Assembly: GCF_006345805.1 (NCBI RefSeq)
Contig: NC_043016.1
Span: 15,624,001-15,688,000, forward strand
Source: Octopus sinensis
Lineage: Eukaryota
Length of the DNA: 64,000 nucleotides
Direction of reading: 5' to 3'
Below the pieces are notes generated by a model, which worked only from the letters and a program-made list of their open reading frames with translations, ran no database searches and was not told the origin of the DNA. This document shows positions 12,683 through 24,964 of the stretch, piece by piece; positions within the stretch are counted from its first letter, which is position 1; each line of letters starts with the position of its first letter. Made by a program: the position numbers and the translations under genes.

Positions 12683-12963
12683 ATCATCGTTTAACGTCCG
12701 CTTTCCATGCTAGCATGGGTTGGACGGTTCAACTGGGGTCTGGGGAGCCCGAAGGCTGCACCAGGCCAGTCAGATCTGGCAGTGTTTCTACAGCTGGATG
12801 CCCTTCCTAACGCCAACCACTCTGTGAGTGTAGTGGGTGCTTTTTATGTGCCACCGACACAGGTGCCTGACGAGGCTGGCGAACGGCCACGCTCGGATGG
12901 TGTTTTTTATGTGCCACTGACACAGGTGCCAGATGAGGCTGGCAGACGGCCACGCTCGGATGG

Positions 12964-12968
<5 letters not shown>
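12683..12968 (-). mobile_element. RTE LINE 3' end ((GAT)n tail) with 2 minisatellite units
   Basis: (CAT)n-CGTTTAACGTCCGCTTTCCATGCTAGCATGGG..GGATGCCCTTCCTAACGCCAACC; the same motif follows RTE RT coding sequence at 36,951-36,968. Confidence 0.85.
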
Positions 12969-13024
<56 letters not shown>

Positions 13025-13028
<4 letters not shown>

Positions 13029-13710
13029 ACAGCAAAGTTGACATGGCACGCAGAATGTGTTCCTGGATTCTCAGAACTTTCCAGTCAAGAGATATCCATA
13101 CCATTATCCTTCTCTTCTCTACATTTTCTGACCCTACCTTGAATACTGTTGTCCACTGTGGTCTCCCACACTGAACAATGTATCTTGAAAACTGAAGCAC
13201 CTCAAAGGTCAATTACAAAAAAGACAGATGGCATGATAGGCCTTGACTATTGGGGTCGACTAGAAAATCTCAAGCTTTATTCTCTCCAATGCTGCTGTGA
13301 GCGTTACATCATCTGCATGATGTGGAAAATATTCCATCAGCATTGCCCAAATGATGTTTAAGATACACGCAACACTTGGACCCCATACTATCCACTTACA
13401 GCATAAACCATACTCACATCAGGTAACAACAATCCAGCACAATTATTTCATCTCAGTTGGCTCTGCTCTCTTTAACATTACCCCAAAACACATTAAAGCA
13501 GAAACAAACCCCATAAAATTCAAGAAGTTGAGAAATCCCTTAAAAAAATCCCAGATAAACCTCCTATACATTGATATGTCTCCATAAACAATAACTCTCT
13601 CCTTGAGTCAGCCGTTGTATCCGATTCCTGATTTGAATGACTTTGCCTGGTGGTGCTATTGAGTTAGACATGGCCTGGGCCAATACTGGCCGAAAGCTAT
13701 TAAAGTATCA
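13025..13710 (+). mobile_element. CR1/L2-clade LINE 3' fragment
   Basis: KVDMARRMCSWILRTFQSRD..YCCPLWSP..LDYWGRLENLKLYSLQ..ERY, with terminal hairpin GGCCA-ATAC-TGGCC-GAAA (~13,677-13,694). Confidence 0.8.
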
Positions 13711-14078
13711 AAGTATGTATATATATATATATATATATAGAACTAAGTAAGATAGGGGTTATGAGGGTAACCCACTATGGGATATCAGTTATCCAATATA
13801 CTGCTGGTGAAGCACCCAAATGCCAAATACATAAATGTTTATAACTGCAATGCAATTAATTCATTCATTGTATTGGATGGGCGAAGGTAAAATATTTTAC
13901 CGTAAATTCATAATACAAATAAGAAACTGGAGGAACAGATTCATTTCAATCATCAACCTACAGATATTACCATTTCATATTATTTATTAACTATATAAAT
14001 AGGAACATCCAAATCGAACAAAACAATACACATCAACATGCAAATTAATTATACAATAAAATAATGCAAATAAACTGC

Positions 14079-14210
14079 TCCTTACAGCTGTTTCAGCCTA
14101 TGGTCAAAAGGTAATCCACCTTAAATTGCTCATATATGCCATTATAGTATAGTTTTAGGCATTAAAGATTATATTTGTCTGTTTAAATAACCAAAGGCCT
14201 CGTCAGAGGA
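14079..14210 (-). ncRNA. Type I hammerhead ribozyme motif (canonical core, palindromic stem III, long stem II insert)
   Basis: Minus strand UCCU-CUGACGA-GGCCU(U)UGGU..85 nt..ACCA(U)AGGCU-GAAA-CAGCUG-UA^-AGGA. All core nucleotides canonical, stem I 4 bp, stem II 5+4 bp, ACAGCUGU palindrome; predicted cleavage between 14,083 and 14,082. Confidence 0.75.
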
Positions 14211-14254
14211 TATACATAATTATAAAGTTATAATAATATAATAATAATAATCAT

Positions 14255-15090
14255 CATCATCATCATCATCGTTTAGCGTCCGCTTTCCATGCTAGCATGG
14301 GTTGGACGGGTCAACTGGGGTCTGTGAAGCTGGAAGGCTTCGTCAGGCCCAGTCAGATCTGGCAGTGTTTCTATGGCTGGATGCCCTTCCTAACGCCAAC
14401 CACTCCGCGAGTGTAGTGGGTGTTTTTTACGTGCCACCTGCACAGGTGCCAGACAGAGCTGGCGAACGGCCACGAACGGATGGTGCTTTTACGTGTCACC
14501 GGCACGGGGCCAGGCGATGCTGGCAACGGACACGAACGGATGGTGCTTTTACGTGCCACCGACACGGGGCCAGACAGAGCTGGCAAACGGCCACGAACGG
14601 ACGGTGCTTTTACATGTCACCGGCACGGGGGCCAGCCGAGGCTGGCAACGGACACGAACGGATGGTGCTTTTATGTGCCACCGACACGGGGCCAGACAGA
14701 GCTGGCAAACGGCCACGAACGGATGGTGCTTTTACGTCCCACCGACACGGAGCCAGACAGAGCTGGCTAACGGCCACGAACGGACGGTGCTTTTACGTGT
14801 CACCGGCACGGGGCCAGGCGAGGCTGGCAACGAACACGAACGGATGGTGCTTTTACGTGCCACCGACACGGGGCCAGGCAGAGCTGGCAAACGGCCACAA
14901 GCAAATGGTGCTTTTACGTATCACCGGCACGGGTGCCAGACGAAGCTGACAGCGGACACAAACGGATGGGTCACTTAACCCCTGCTTTCTGATATATGAT
15001 TTGATTTTGATTGTTCTCACTGGTCTTGCCGGGTCTTCTCACGCACAGCATACTTCCATAGGTCTCGGTCTCTGGTCATTTCCTTATTGA
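14255..15090 (-). mobile_element. RTE LINE 3' end (ORF end + 3' UTR + (GAT)n tail)
   Basis: Minus strand MTRDRDLWKYAVREKTRQDQ* at ~15,020-15,080, followed by minisatellite and RTE tail. Confidence 0.85.
14421..14969. repeat. Minisatellite, 9 x ~61 bp, two alternating unit types
   Basis: Unit TGCTTTTACGTGYCACCGRCACGGGGCCAG..GCTGGCAA(A)CGGMCACGAACGGATGG; order A B A B A A B A B. Confidence 0.9.
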
Positions 15091-15444
15091 TAATATTGAT
15101 ATATAAAAAATACATGCTTCCCATACTATCCTATAAGAACAAGAAGGTAAATGGTAAAACAGATACTCAAAATACCTATATATATATATACACACACATA
15201 TATATATACACATAAACACATATATACATATAAAATATTAAAATATACATACATATACACACACATGCAAAACGTACATATTAATCACATGTGCAAAAAA
15301 CATGAAGAACAACATTGAACAGTATATCACATTACTTTGGATTGTCATGCTTCTTATAGATGCACATATATATATACACACATAAGCACAAACAAGATAT
15401 TTCCGTGAACTTGTTCCTCAATTTTCTTATTTGTATTAATATAT

Positions 15445-16140
15445 ATATATATAGTCTCAAGGCCAGAAGGATACCAAGAAGCAGACCAATCCAAAAAAGG
15501 ATTTGGAGGCTAAAGAACCCTTCACATGGTCAGAGATTTAGGGACATCCTCATCAAGAAATTTGAGGAGGGGGAGGAGGGGCTACAGACATCGGACATAG
15601 AAGGTAACTGGAAATTCCTAACTGTGGATGGTGCAAAGTCCCTTCCAGACCTAGAGTTATGTGGTGGTGGAATAGTATGGTTGACAAAGCCATTAGGGCA
15701 AAAAAACAGGCCTGGAAAGCCTGGAAGGATGGGGGTAGCAGGGAACTGTACCAGGTAGCCAAAAGGGAGGTTGGGTGGCAGGTATACATAGCCAAGAGCG
15801 AAGCAGAAAAGAAGAAGTTTGCCAATGTCCAACAACGTGGGGACCAAAGAACTGAGGTATTTCAGATTGCAAGACAGTGTGTGAGAGAAAATTGTGGTGT
15901 CACAGGAGAGAAATGTGTCCGCATGGATGATGGTGCACTTGCTTTTAATGTTTCTGAAAAGAAAGAGGCTTGGAGAAGCCATTATGGAAGACTGCTGAAT
16001 GTGGAGAATGAATGGGAGGAGAGAGCCTGCCAAATGTTGGCCCAGTAGAGGGACCAGCTGTCCCAATAGACAGCTCCCTAGTAGATAAAGCAATTAAGGG
16101 TATGAAGCCAGGAAAAGCACCCCCGGCCCATCAGGAACTT
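15445..16140 (+). mobile_element. RTE LINE internal fragment (EN-RT linker)
   Basis: RIWRLKNP..QRFRD..WWWNSMVDKAIRAKKQAWKAWK..AWRSHYGRLLNVENEW..VDKAIKGMKPGKAPGPSG. Confidence 0.85.
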
Positions 16141-16582
16141 CTACTATAGTGTGACTTACACTGAACTGGTATTTATCAACATCTTGTCCGAACATTCATT
16201 TGTATCTTGAGAGACTCATTTTCTATTGTTCTTTATTGTTCCGTACGCACTCACGTACACACTGACACACACTTATGTTGCAGTCACAAATACACCCTTG
16301 TTTGTAGTTATATCGCACACACAGACACACTCTACTAGCACACATACACACTCTTATTGCATGTAGACATCTGTAAATAAAATCTTTCTCTTAAACATTA
16401 ACGGTTGTGTTGTCTTCTCCTTATTCCTTTTGGCACTGATCTTGGCTTCTTCTTCTCCTTTGTAAGGCAAACGTGCAGCATCTAAAAGGAGACATTCTGT
16501 CACCATCTCCTTTATGTACGGTTGTCTCTACACATCTGTTTGTTGTCTACATCACCAGTCTTCATCTTTTGTGAATTCTCCC

Positions 16583-16614
<32 letters not shown>

Positions 16615-16623
16615 TATATGTGT

Positions 16624-16659
<36 letters not shown>

Positions 16660-16664
16660 CGTAT

Positions 16665-16860
16665 CTTTGTGTCTGTATTTGTCCACCACCACCATTTCAT
16701 AACTGGTGTTGGTATGGTAATGTTCTTTGTAACTTAACAGTTCAGCAAAAGAGACTTTAAAAAATAACTGTTTGTGTTGATTTGTTTGACTAAAAATACT
16801 TCAAGGTGCTGCCCCAGTATGGCTGCAGTCAAATGACTGAAACAAAAAATAAAAGTTAAT
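16665..16860 (+). mobile_element. SINE family A, 3' half
   Basis: Similar to 8375-8560; tail GGTGCTGCCCCAGTATGGCTGCAGTCAAATGACTGAAAC. Confidence 0.7.
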
Positions 16861-17949
16861 AACACACACACACATGCACAGATCTCCCACACAGCCTATC
16901 ACCAATTCCTTTTATTTTTAGTGGACTGAGCTTCTTAGTACACATTTTCTCATCCATCCTGATCCTATGCTCAGACCTCCTCTCGTGACTCCTCTTATGC
17001 TTAGTTTCACTCTCAGTTCATTTGTAGGTCATTATTCTGACACACTTATGTTACCCATCCAGCAGAGCATATTCGCTTCATTTCTTTGTAGTCTTTGCAA
17101 ATCCTCTGCAATAAACTTGCATGTCTCACTACGATGCAGCATGAAACTTTGTGGGAAAACATTATATATTTTACTGTTCACTCTGAAAGAAAATCTCTCT
17201 ATTGCCAGTAGAGATAACAGCTTTCAAAACTTTTTCCCACCAGTTTCTTACTTTGGCTACAAATGCAAACCATAATCCACCCCCGTGACCTACATAACAG
17301 AAGCAATCAAGTATATATGTACATAACATGCATGCACACCTTTGTGTGTGTGTGTGTGTGTGTGTGTGTAATGAAGAGAATCGAATCGAATGGGAAAACG
17401 TATTATCTTACCTACAAAAAAAGTTTACAAAACTATGTCATGTTGACCTATATTCTAAAATTTGTATTTCCAGCTGCTTTTGCTGCACAGCTTTACTTGT
17501 TATAGTTTCTTTGTCTCGCTCTCAAATAATAAAGAACACTGCATACCAGTGTGTTAACCATTCCTGGATGCAAAGAGTATAAAATCTAGCCTTACTATAA
17601 GTGAGCAATCACAAAAGCACAGGGCAATAATGTCAAATTTGTTTATTTCCAATTTATTGGTCATTTATTTATAAGCAATATTTTTTTGTCAAAAAACCAG
17701 ATGTCTGAGATTCTACACTTTATGCTCTTCCTACCATATTTATTTCTTTAGTTCTAGTTATTCATTTTTATTCATATCACATAAATACAATTTACAATGG
17801 TTTCCCTTAGGGACGGTTTTATAATTTGTTGGCATTTTGGTAAAGATAGTTATGTATGTATGTATGTATGTATGTATATTTATTCTTTTATTTGTTTCAC
17901 TCATTTGACTGTGGCTATGCTGGAGCACTATCAAAAATCAAAATCAAAA

Positions 17950-18277
17950 GCAAATCAAGATTGAAATCAAAATAGAAATTGTAGTTGTGGCTAATGCCAG
18001 TGCCACCTGACTGGCACCCGTGCTGATGGCACGTAATAACCATCATTCAGGTGTGGGTCGATGCCAGTGCCGCCTGACTGGCTCCCATGCTGGTGGCATG
18101 TAAATAGCACCAACTACACTCTCGGAGTAGTTGGTGTTATGAAGGGCATCCAGCTGTAGAAACCTTGCCAGATCAGATTTGAGCCTGGTGCAACCTACTG
18201 GCTTGCCAATCCTCAGTCAAACTCTCCAACCCATGCCAGCATGGAAAACGGACGTTAAACGATGATGATAATGATGG
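17950..18277 (+). mobile_element. RTE LINE 3' end
   Basis: TTGGTGTTATGAAGGGCATCCAGCTGTAGAAAC..GGACGTTAAAC(GAT)n. Confidence 0.8.
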
Positions 18278-20382
18278 CACACCCACACACATACACACAA
18301 CACACATGCCTATATATATGTGTGTGTGTGTGTATACACACGCGTGCGTATATGTATGGTATTGTATGTATGTATGTATGTATGTAGCTGGTGAATATCA
18401 AGTTTGCAGGAGGTGGAGGAGCCTGAATGTCCTGGATCATTGCTGTCACCATATTTGATGGGCCGTCTTAACCAAGTTAGCAGTAAGCATCAACATTAGT
18501 TGTTGAGAACTATACACTGTGGGAAAATTACTGGCATTACTACATTAAATTTATTTTTGTTTTTTGTTTTTTAAAAGCTTTAAAATAACTTAAGATGTCT
18601 CTATGAAGATATATCATGGTATTAGAAAAATATTAAACAGAAAACTGGTTAAACATTTGATTTCGGGTCTTCAGAGCCTCTTGACTGATAAACTCACACA
18701 CACACACACACAAACACATAGGCTTGTCATACATCCCAGTTTGGAGGATCTATTTCCAATGTTCAACCCCATTTTAAACTTTATCCTATTTAACACTGAA
18801 ATGTCCTGGTTATTGATCAAAGACTTAAATTCTAAGAAGAGATAACTAAAAAATGTTGAAATTTACATGGAGTCCCTAACCCTATCTTGCACAACAACTT
18901 AAATACAAACAAACAAATCAACTTATGTCATTGCTCAGCCTAGACTTAGTGCTACATATTTTTACCAGAGGTCCAGTGGATGTGTGATGTACCTCTGTTG
19001 TAGTAACACTCTCAAGTTACATGTAGACAGGTAGTGTAGTTTAAACTACACTTTGCTTGCCCCAGGTGTCCAAGAAATAAATATGACTTGTTCCTGAGAT
19101 TATGGTTTCAAATCTTATTTATTATAACTAATGGATAGAAACTTAAGTACACTGTAACTCCCTAGCTGTCTCAAGTCCAGAACCTTGTAATAAGATGGAA
19201 AAGGATGCACATTGCACTTAAAGAAATATAGGTTGTACAAGTTCTGATACAAGCAATTTATCTATGATAATTATTATATATTAAAGTTTTTCTAGTTTGA
19301 TGCCCATAATTTAAGGGTTAGCCCAGTTTGAGCATAAGAAATTATGCTAAGCATATATATATATATATATATATGCTGGTATGGTCATATGATGCATATG
19401 GACAAAGAGAGCTGTGTAAAGAAGTGCTAATCTTTAACTGTGGAAGGAAGCTGTGAAAGAGGTAGACCCAGGAAGACATGCCTAGTCTGCTAAGAAATGT
19501 GCAATCTAGCATTGTAAGATGACACCCTTTCAGTTGGTCAATTCTGGACGTTTTTTTCGTCAATTGCCTCCTTTAATCAGTCTGATTGGGAACAATAACA
19601 GTTTGAATTTAACGTCTGATTTTGTGAAGTAGCTCATAATACACAATACTGTTCCAATCCCACCAGATACAGGGCATCACTTTTTGGGGATACAGACCAG
19701 CTTTTGGAGAGATTGAAGGTGGCTCATCTCGTTCTCCCCAGGATGTTTTTCATTTCATGTTGTAAATAATTTATTTCTCATCACACGTGATTATTCTTTT
19801 CAAAAATGGATCTTTTTTGTTTCATCTGAGCTGAGAATTGCAGATGGAAATATGCTCTATTGAGTTTCTTTCTCTTAAGTTACGAAGTACCCAAACATCA
19901 TAGCAATTCACATAGTCAAGGGTTTTTAAATGCTTTATAACGTGTGGGTATGTGTGTATGCATGAGGTTGTTTGGGGGTTTGTGTCTGTGGAGTAAATGT
20001 AAGTTACTCTCTATGTGTGAACATGTGTGTACTTGTATGTGCATGTGTGTGTGTGCGTGTGTGTCCATGTTATGTATAATTGTGTGTGTGGGTACAGGAC
20101 GTCACCAACTGTGTAAACAATATGAAATACATATATGAATGAGTTAAATACATAAACAAGAAAAAAATGGAAAACAGGACAAGTAAACACAGAGAAACAA
20201 CCATTCATCAGTTGTTGGCTGTCTATCTATTCCTCATTTCGAGCATTCAATGTTGCCTGTATCCTATGAGCATAATATGCTTGCATGTGTATGCCCAGGG
20301 TTAACATAGGTAATTTATACCGACAGTAAAAATGTATATTCTTATTCCTAAGATGGTTATTCCAACTGCTAACTCTACTAAC

Positions 20383-20413
<31 letters not shown>

Positions 20414-20414
<1 letters not shown>

Positions 20415-20813
20415 CTCTTTTATTTTTTTACTTGTTTCAGTCATTTGAATGCGGCTATGCTGGAGCACTGCCTTAAATGAACAACTCGACCTCAGGACTT
20501 ATTCTTTGTAAGTCTAGTACTTATTCTATTGGTGTCTTTTGTTGAATTGCTAAGTTACAGGGATGTAAACACACCAACATCAGTTGTCAAGCGATAGTGA
20601 GAGGACAAACACAGACACACAAATATATACACATACATATATATATATATATGACAAGCTTCTTTCAGTTTCCATCTACCAAATCCATTCACAAGGCTTT
20701 GGCCAGCCCAAAGCTATAGTAGAAGACATTTGCCCAAGGTGCCATGTAGTGGGACAGAACCTGAGAATCATGTAGTTGAGAAGCAAGTCACTTACAACAC
20801 AGCCACACCTGTA
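20414..20813 (-). mobile_element. SINE family A (full length, diverged)
   Basis: Reverse complement of the 8180-8580 element from head to tail. Confidence 0.85.
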
Positions 20814-21724
20814 TGTGTATATATATATCATCATCATCATCATCATCCTCAACATCATTATCATCATCATTCAACGTCCATCTTCCATGCATGCTTGGGT
20901 GTGACGGTTGACAGGAGCCGGCCAGGTGGAAAAACTAGCCTAGGCTACTGTGTCTGTTTTGACAGGGATTTAACGAATGGTTGCCCTTCCTAACACCAAC
21001 CTCTCTGCAGAGTGGACTCTGTGCTTTTTACGTGACACTAGCAGAGGCGATGTTAGTTTTGGCAAAATTTTTACAGCTAGATGCCCTTCCAGATGCCGAC
21101 CACATTACAGTGTGGACTGGATGCTTTTAACACGGCACCAGCACTGACAGGGTAACCAAGTAATTCACAAGACAAGGAATTATGAGAGGGGCAGGGCATT
21201 TGAGGAAGGGAACTTGTGTCAGAGGATGAAAGGTTAGAGTGTGACAGAGAGACAGAAGCAGGTGTCTTGCCACAACAGAAGGGTCATGAGGGGAGGTGAT
21301 CCAGTATCAAATGATGAATGGTTAGAGTGTAACAGGGAAATAGAGAGGCAGAAGCAGTCTTGCTATAGGGGAGATACATGGTTACCCATTGAGATAATGA
21401 GAGAGATCAGAAACAAGTGTGCAGATTTAAAGGTGATACTTGGTTACCTAGTCAGAGGAAAAACAAGAGAAGGAGAGAGACAGAGAGAGTAGGAAAGAGC
21501 AAAGGTGAAAGAGAGATGGTGCAGTGCCAAGGTATACTCACAAGTAACAAGAATATGAGTGTGGAACCTGGTCAGAAAAATAGGGTGTGAGGAACAGTGA
21601 TACAGTGAGCAGGGCAGTGAGAGCAAGAAAAGGGATTGGAAAACAATCGTGATTTATGCAAAGGGAACGTGAGGAAGAGAAAGATGCAGTTAGAAGAGGA
21701 GTTGTAGTTTGATTTCTTTGGGTA

Positions 21725-23240
21725 GGGTGGGTGGAACACAACTCATCTAGCACTCAGCTTCATGGACAGGTCTTCTCTAAAACATCTCGGTCCACTATCA
21801 TTTCCTCCATGAGCCCCTACATTCTAAGATCCGTCCTCACCACTTCATCCCTTGCCTTCCTGGGTCTTCCTCTTCCACAGGTGCCATCCACTTTCAGTGA
21901 CCAGCACTTCTGTATACAGCCGTCTTCATCACATGTCCATCCAACACATTCTCCTCTCCTGCAGACCCCATTTAATCCTTCTTATGCCTAACTTTTCTCT
22001 CAACACAGTTGTACTCTGTTAGACATGCACAGTGATGTTGCAAATCCAACGGAGCATACTACCTTCATTGCTCTCCAGCCTACGCATGTCCTCCGCAGTC
22101 AGAGCCCATGTCTCACACAAGCATCATACAATCTACCTTATACTCTGAGAGAGAGAGAGAGTCCTTTTGTTGCCAACAGAGGTAGTAGTTCTCTGAACTT
22201 CCTCCATCCTATTCTTCTTCTAGAAACAATACTTTCAGAGCATCCACCACCTTGGCTAATTTATCCACCTAAATAGCAGAAACTGTCTACTACCTCAAGA
22301 GAACCTCTTGGGCATTTGAGTGAGTTTAAGTCCCTCATGCTCTTAGTCCTTACTGTTCTTGCACATGTGCCACACACGAAAGCAACCTTATCTTCCCATA
22401 ATTCCACTGCATCTTTTATGCGTCAATAGCTTACACTTGGCCACTCCTTTCCTACATATTGAACAGAGCCATTTGCCAGCCAGAATGAAAGCCTTATCTC
22501 CTTTCTTGCTAAGAGCAACTTTAGTCTTAGCTTAGTTAACTTTAAGGCCCTTTGGTTCCAGGTTTTGCTCCCAAACCCGAAACTTCTTTTCCAATTCTGC
22601 TTCAGATTCTGCAATAAGAGCAAGATCATCAGCATATAATTGTTCCCATGGCCATCCAGTTTAGAACTCATCTGTTATGGCCTGGAGAACTATGATGAAT
22701 AAGAGTGGACTAAGAACTGATCCCTGGCGTACTCCAACTTGTACGTTAAATTCATCCTGTATTCAAGGCCAACTCTCACCTTACTGACAGCATCACTGTA
22801 CATGGCTTGAACTACTCTAACCAAATAAGAGAGCGGGGAACCTTGTCGAAAGCTTTCTCCAGATTGACAATGGCTTACTTTTGGTGAAGTGCTTTCCTTG
22901 CTACTGTCTCACTATGAAGATGGTATCTGTGGTACTTCTTCCAGGAACAAAACCAAACTGCATCTCATCCAGTTTAATTCTATCCCTAATTAGTTGAGAT
23001 ATAACTCTCTCTGTTATTTTCTTGACTTTGTCTAGCAGTTTGATACCTCTGTGGTTGTTCCTATCTAAAGCATTACCTTTACCCTTGTAGCAGCTGACTA
23101 TAATACTGCTACACCAGTCTTTGGAGATGACGCCTTCCTGAATAACCTGATTAACTATACAGGTGACTAGGTTGTATCACACATCACCTGATATTTCAAT
23201 CATCTCAGTAGTGATACCCAATGGTCCAGGGGTTAAATAT
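21725..23240 (-). mobile_element. RTE LINE RT fragment
   Basis: Minus strand GVRQGSVLSPLLFIIVLQAI..QLYADDLALIAES..ESKGLKVN; several stops. Confidence 0.85.
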
Positions 23241-23247
23241 ATATATA

Positions 23248-23331
<84 letters not shown>

Positions 23332-23654
23332 AATATGTATATATATATATATGAATATGTATATATATAATCGACACTCTCCCATCGTTAGATGATATAT
23401 AAGGGTTCAACAATTTCTTCCTGAATGACCATACAGATAATTCGTTTATAGTGATCAAATATTTTGTAGACGTAAGCTCACCCATTCCATCAAATCGACA
23501 TTACCTGTACAGGTACAACTGGGCATCATATGTCAGTAGTCGAAATGATCACAGAGCTAGACAAAATGGGAATTGAACCCACAATCTCACAATCGTAAGT
23601 ACAACACCACTAAGCCATGCCCCTTCACACACACATGCAAACTCTCCTTGCAAA

Positions 23655-24050
23655 TACCTGTTGAGGCAAGTGAAATCGAAATCAAATTCAATGACTGGCA
23701 TCCGTGCTAGTGGCGCGCTTAGAGTACCATATGAATGTGATCATTGCCAGAGCAGCAAGCAGGCATCCATGCCAGTGGAACATAAAAAACACCATTCAAG
23801 CGTGATTGTTAACTGCATCGCCTTACTGGCACTTGTGCTGGTGGCACGTGAAAAAACATTCGAGCAAGGTCGTTGCCAGTGCCGCTGGACTGGCTCCTGT
23901 GCAGGTGGCACATAAAAGCACCAACTACCCTCTCGGAGTAGTTGGCGTTAGGAAGGGCATCCAGCCATAGAAACTCTGCCAGATAGGATTGGAGTCTGGT
24001 GCAGCCATCTAGTCCGCGGATGTTAAACGATGATGATGATGATGATGATA
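23655..24050 (+). mobile_element. RTE LINE 3' end
   Basis: CCTGTTGAGGCAAGTGAAATCGAAATC.. (as at 36,855-36,880) through GTTGGCGTTAGGAAGGGCATCCAG and (GAT)n tail. Confidence 0.8.
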
Positions 24051-24064
24051 TATATATATATCTA

Positions 24065-24964
24065 TGAAGTCTGATCAATAAGTATCCAGACTGTTGCCTA
24101 TAGTAATGAAGCTAAAACATGCAGAGTAAAGCTACATGGCACAGATTAACCTTAAACTCTGCTGTGCATGCGAATTAAGTTTTAACATTCTTGCTCACTT
24201 CTACTGTTTAAAGCAGGGCTTGGAAGGAAGGTGTGTAGCATGTGATCATCACATTGACCATGACAGAGAAAGTTGTCATGGTGATACCTGCTCAGAGGCC
24301 TATGCAAGGTTACAGAAAGTGTATGGAGAGGTGTGTATGAGCTGCATACAAATGTATGAGTGGTTCAGATGTTTCCAAGATGGCCAAAAAAATGTTGATA
24401 GTGACGAACATTTTGGGAGACCCACAGCCAGCAGAACTGAGAACGACATCACACATGTGCATCCAGCTGTGAGGGGAAATTGACAAATCACCATCCATAA
24501 ACTATCAGAGGATGTGCAGATTAGTTACGGTTCAGTTCAGTCCATTATCACTGAAGATTTGGGTAAGAGACATATGTCTGCTAAGTTTGTGCCAAAACTA
24601 CTTTTTGCTGACCAAAAAGACACTTGGGTTCCAGTTGCACAAGATCTCCTTGATTGTGTCAAGAATGATGGAAAGTTTTTGAAAACTTTGTGTAGGCCTC
24701 TGAGCAGGTATCGCCAAGCTTTTGGCAAAATTCGATGGAGATTCTCTGCTCAACTTTCTCTGCCATGGTCAATGTGTCCATCACACACTACACACCTTCC
24801 TTCCAAGCACTGCTTAAACAACAGAAGTGATCTAGAACATTAAAACCTAGTGTGCATGCACAGCAGAGTTCGAGGTCAATCTGTGCCAAGCAGCTTGACT
24901 CTCTGTGCTGTGCTTTAGCATCATTATTATAGCAACTCTCCAGATACTTACTGATCAGACCACA
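24065..24964 (+). mobile_element. Internally deleted mariner with ~110-bp TIRs
   Basis: TA TSDs at 24,063-64 and 24,965-66; TIR TGAAGTCTGATCAATAAGTATC..CTCTGCTGTGCATGC; HTH remnant ARLQKVYGE..YEWFRCFQDG..GRP..SAKFVPKLL; no DDD catalytic domain. Confidence 0.9.

Noticed and set aside
14421-14969. CRISPR-like regular array
   Set aside because: No unique spacers (whole units repeat), no cas genes, eukaryotic context, embedded in an RTE 3' UTR.
14302-14978. Repetitive 116-215-aa ORFs
   Set aside because: By-products of the GC-rich minisatellite, open in several frames.
16150-16505. Possible solo LTR (TGTGAC..GTCACCA with AATAAA)
   Set aside because: No TSD and no second copy in the window; could equally be a PLE-type UTR.
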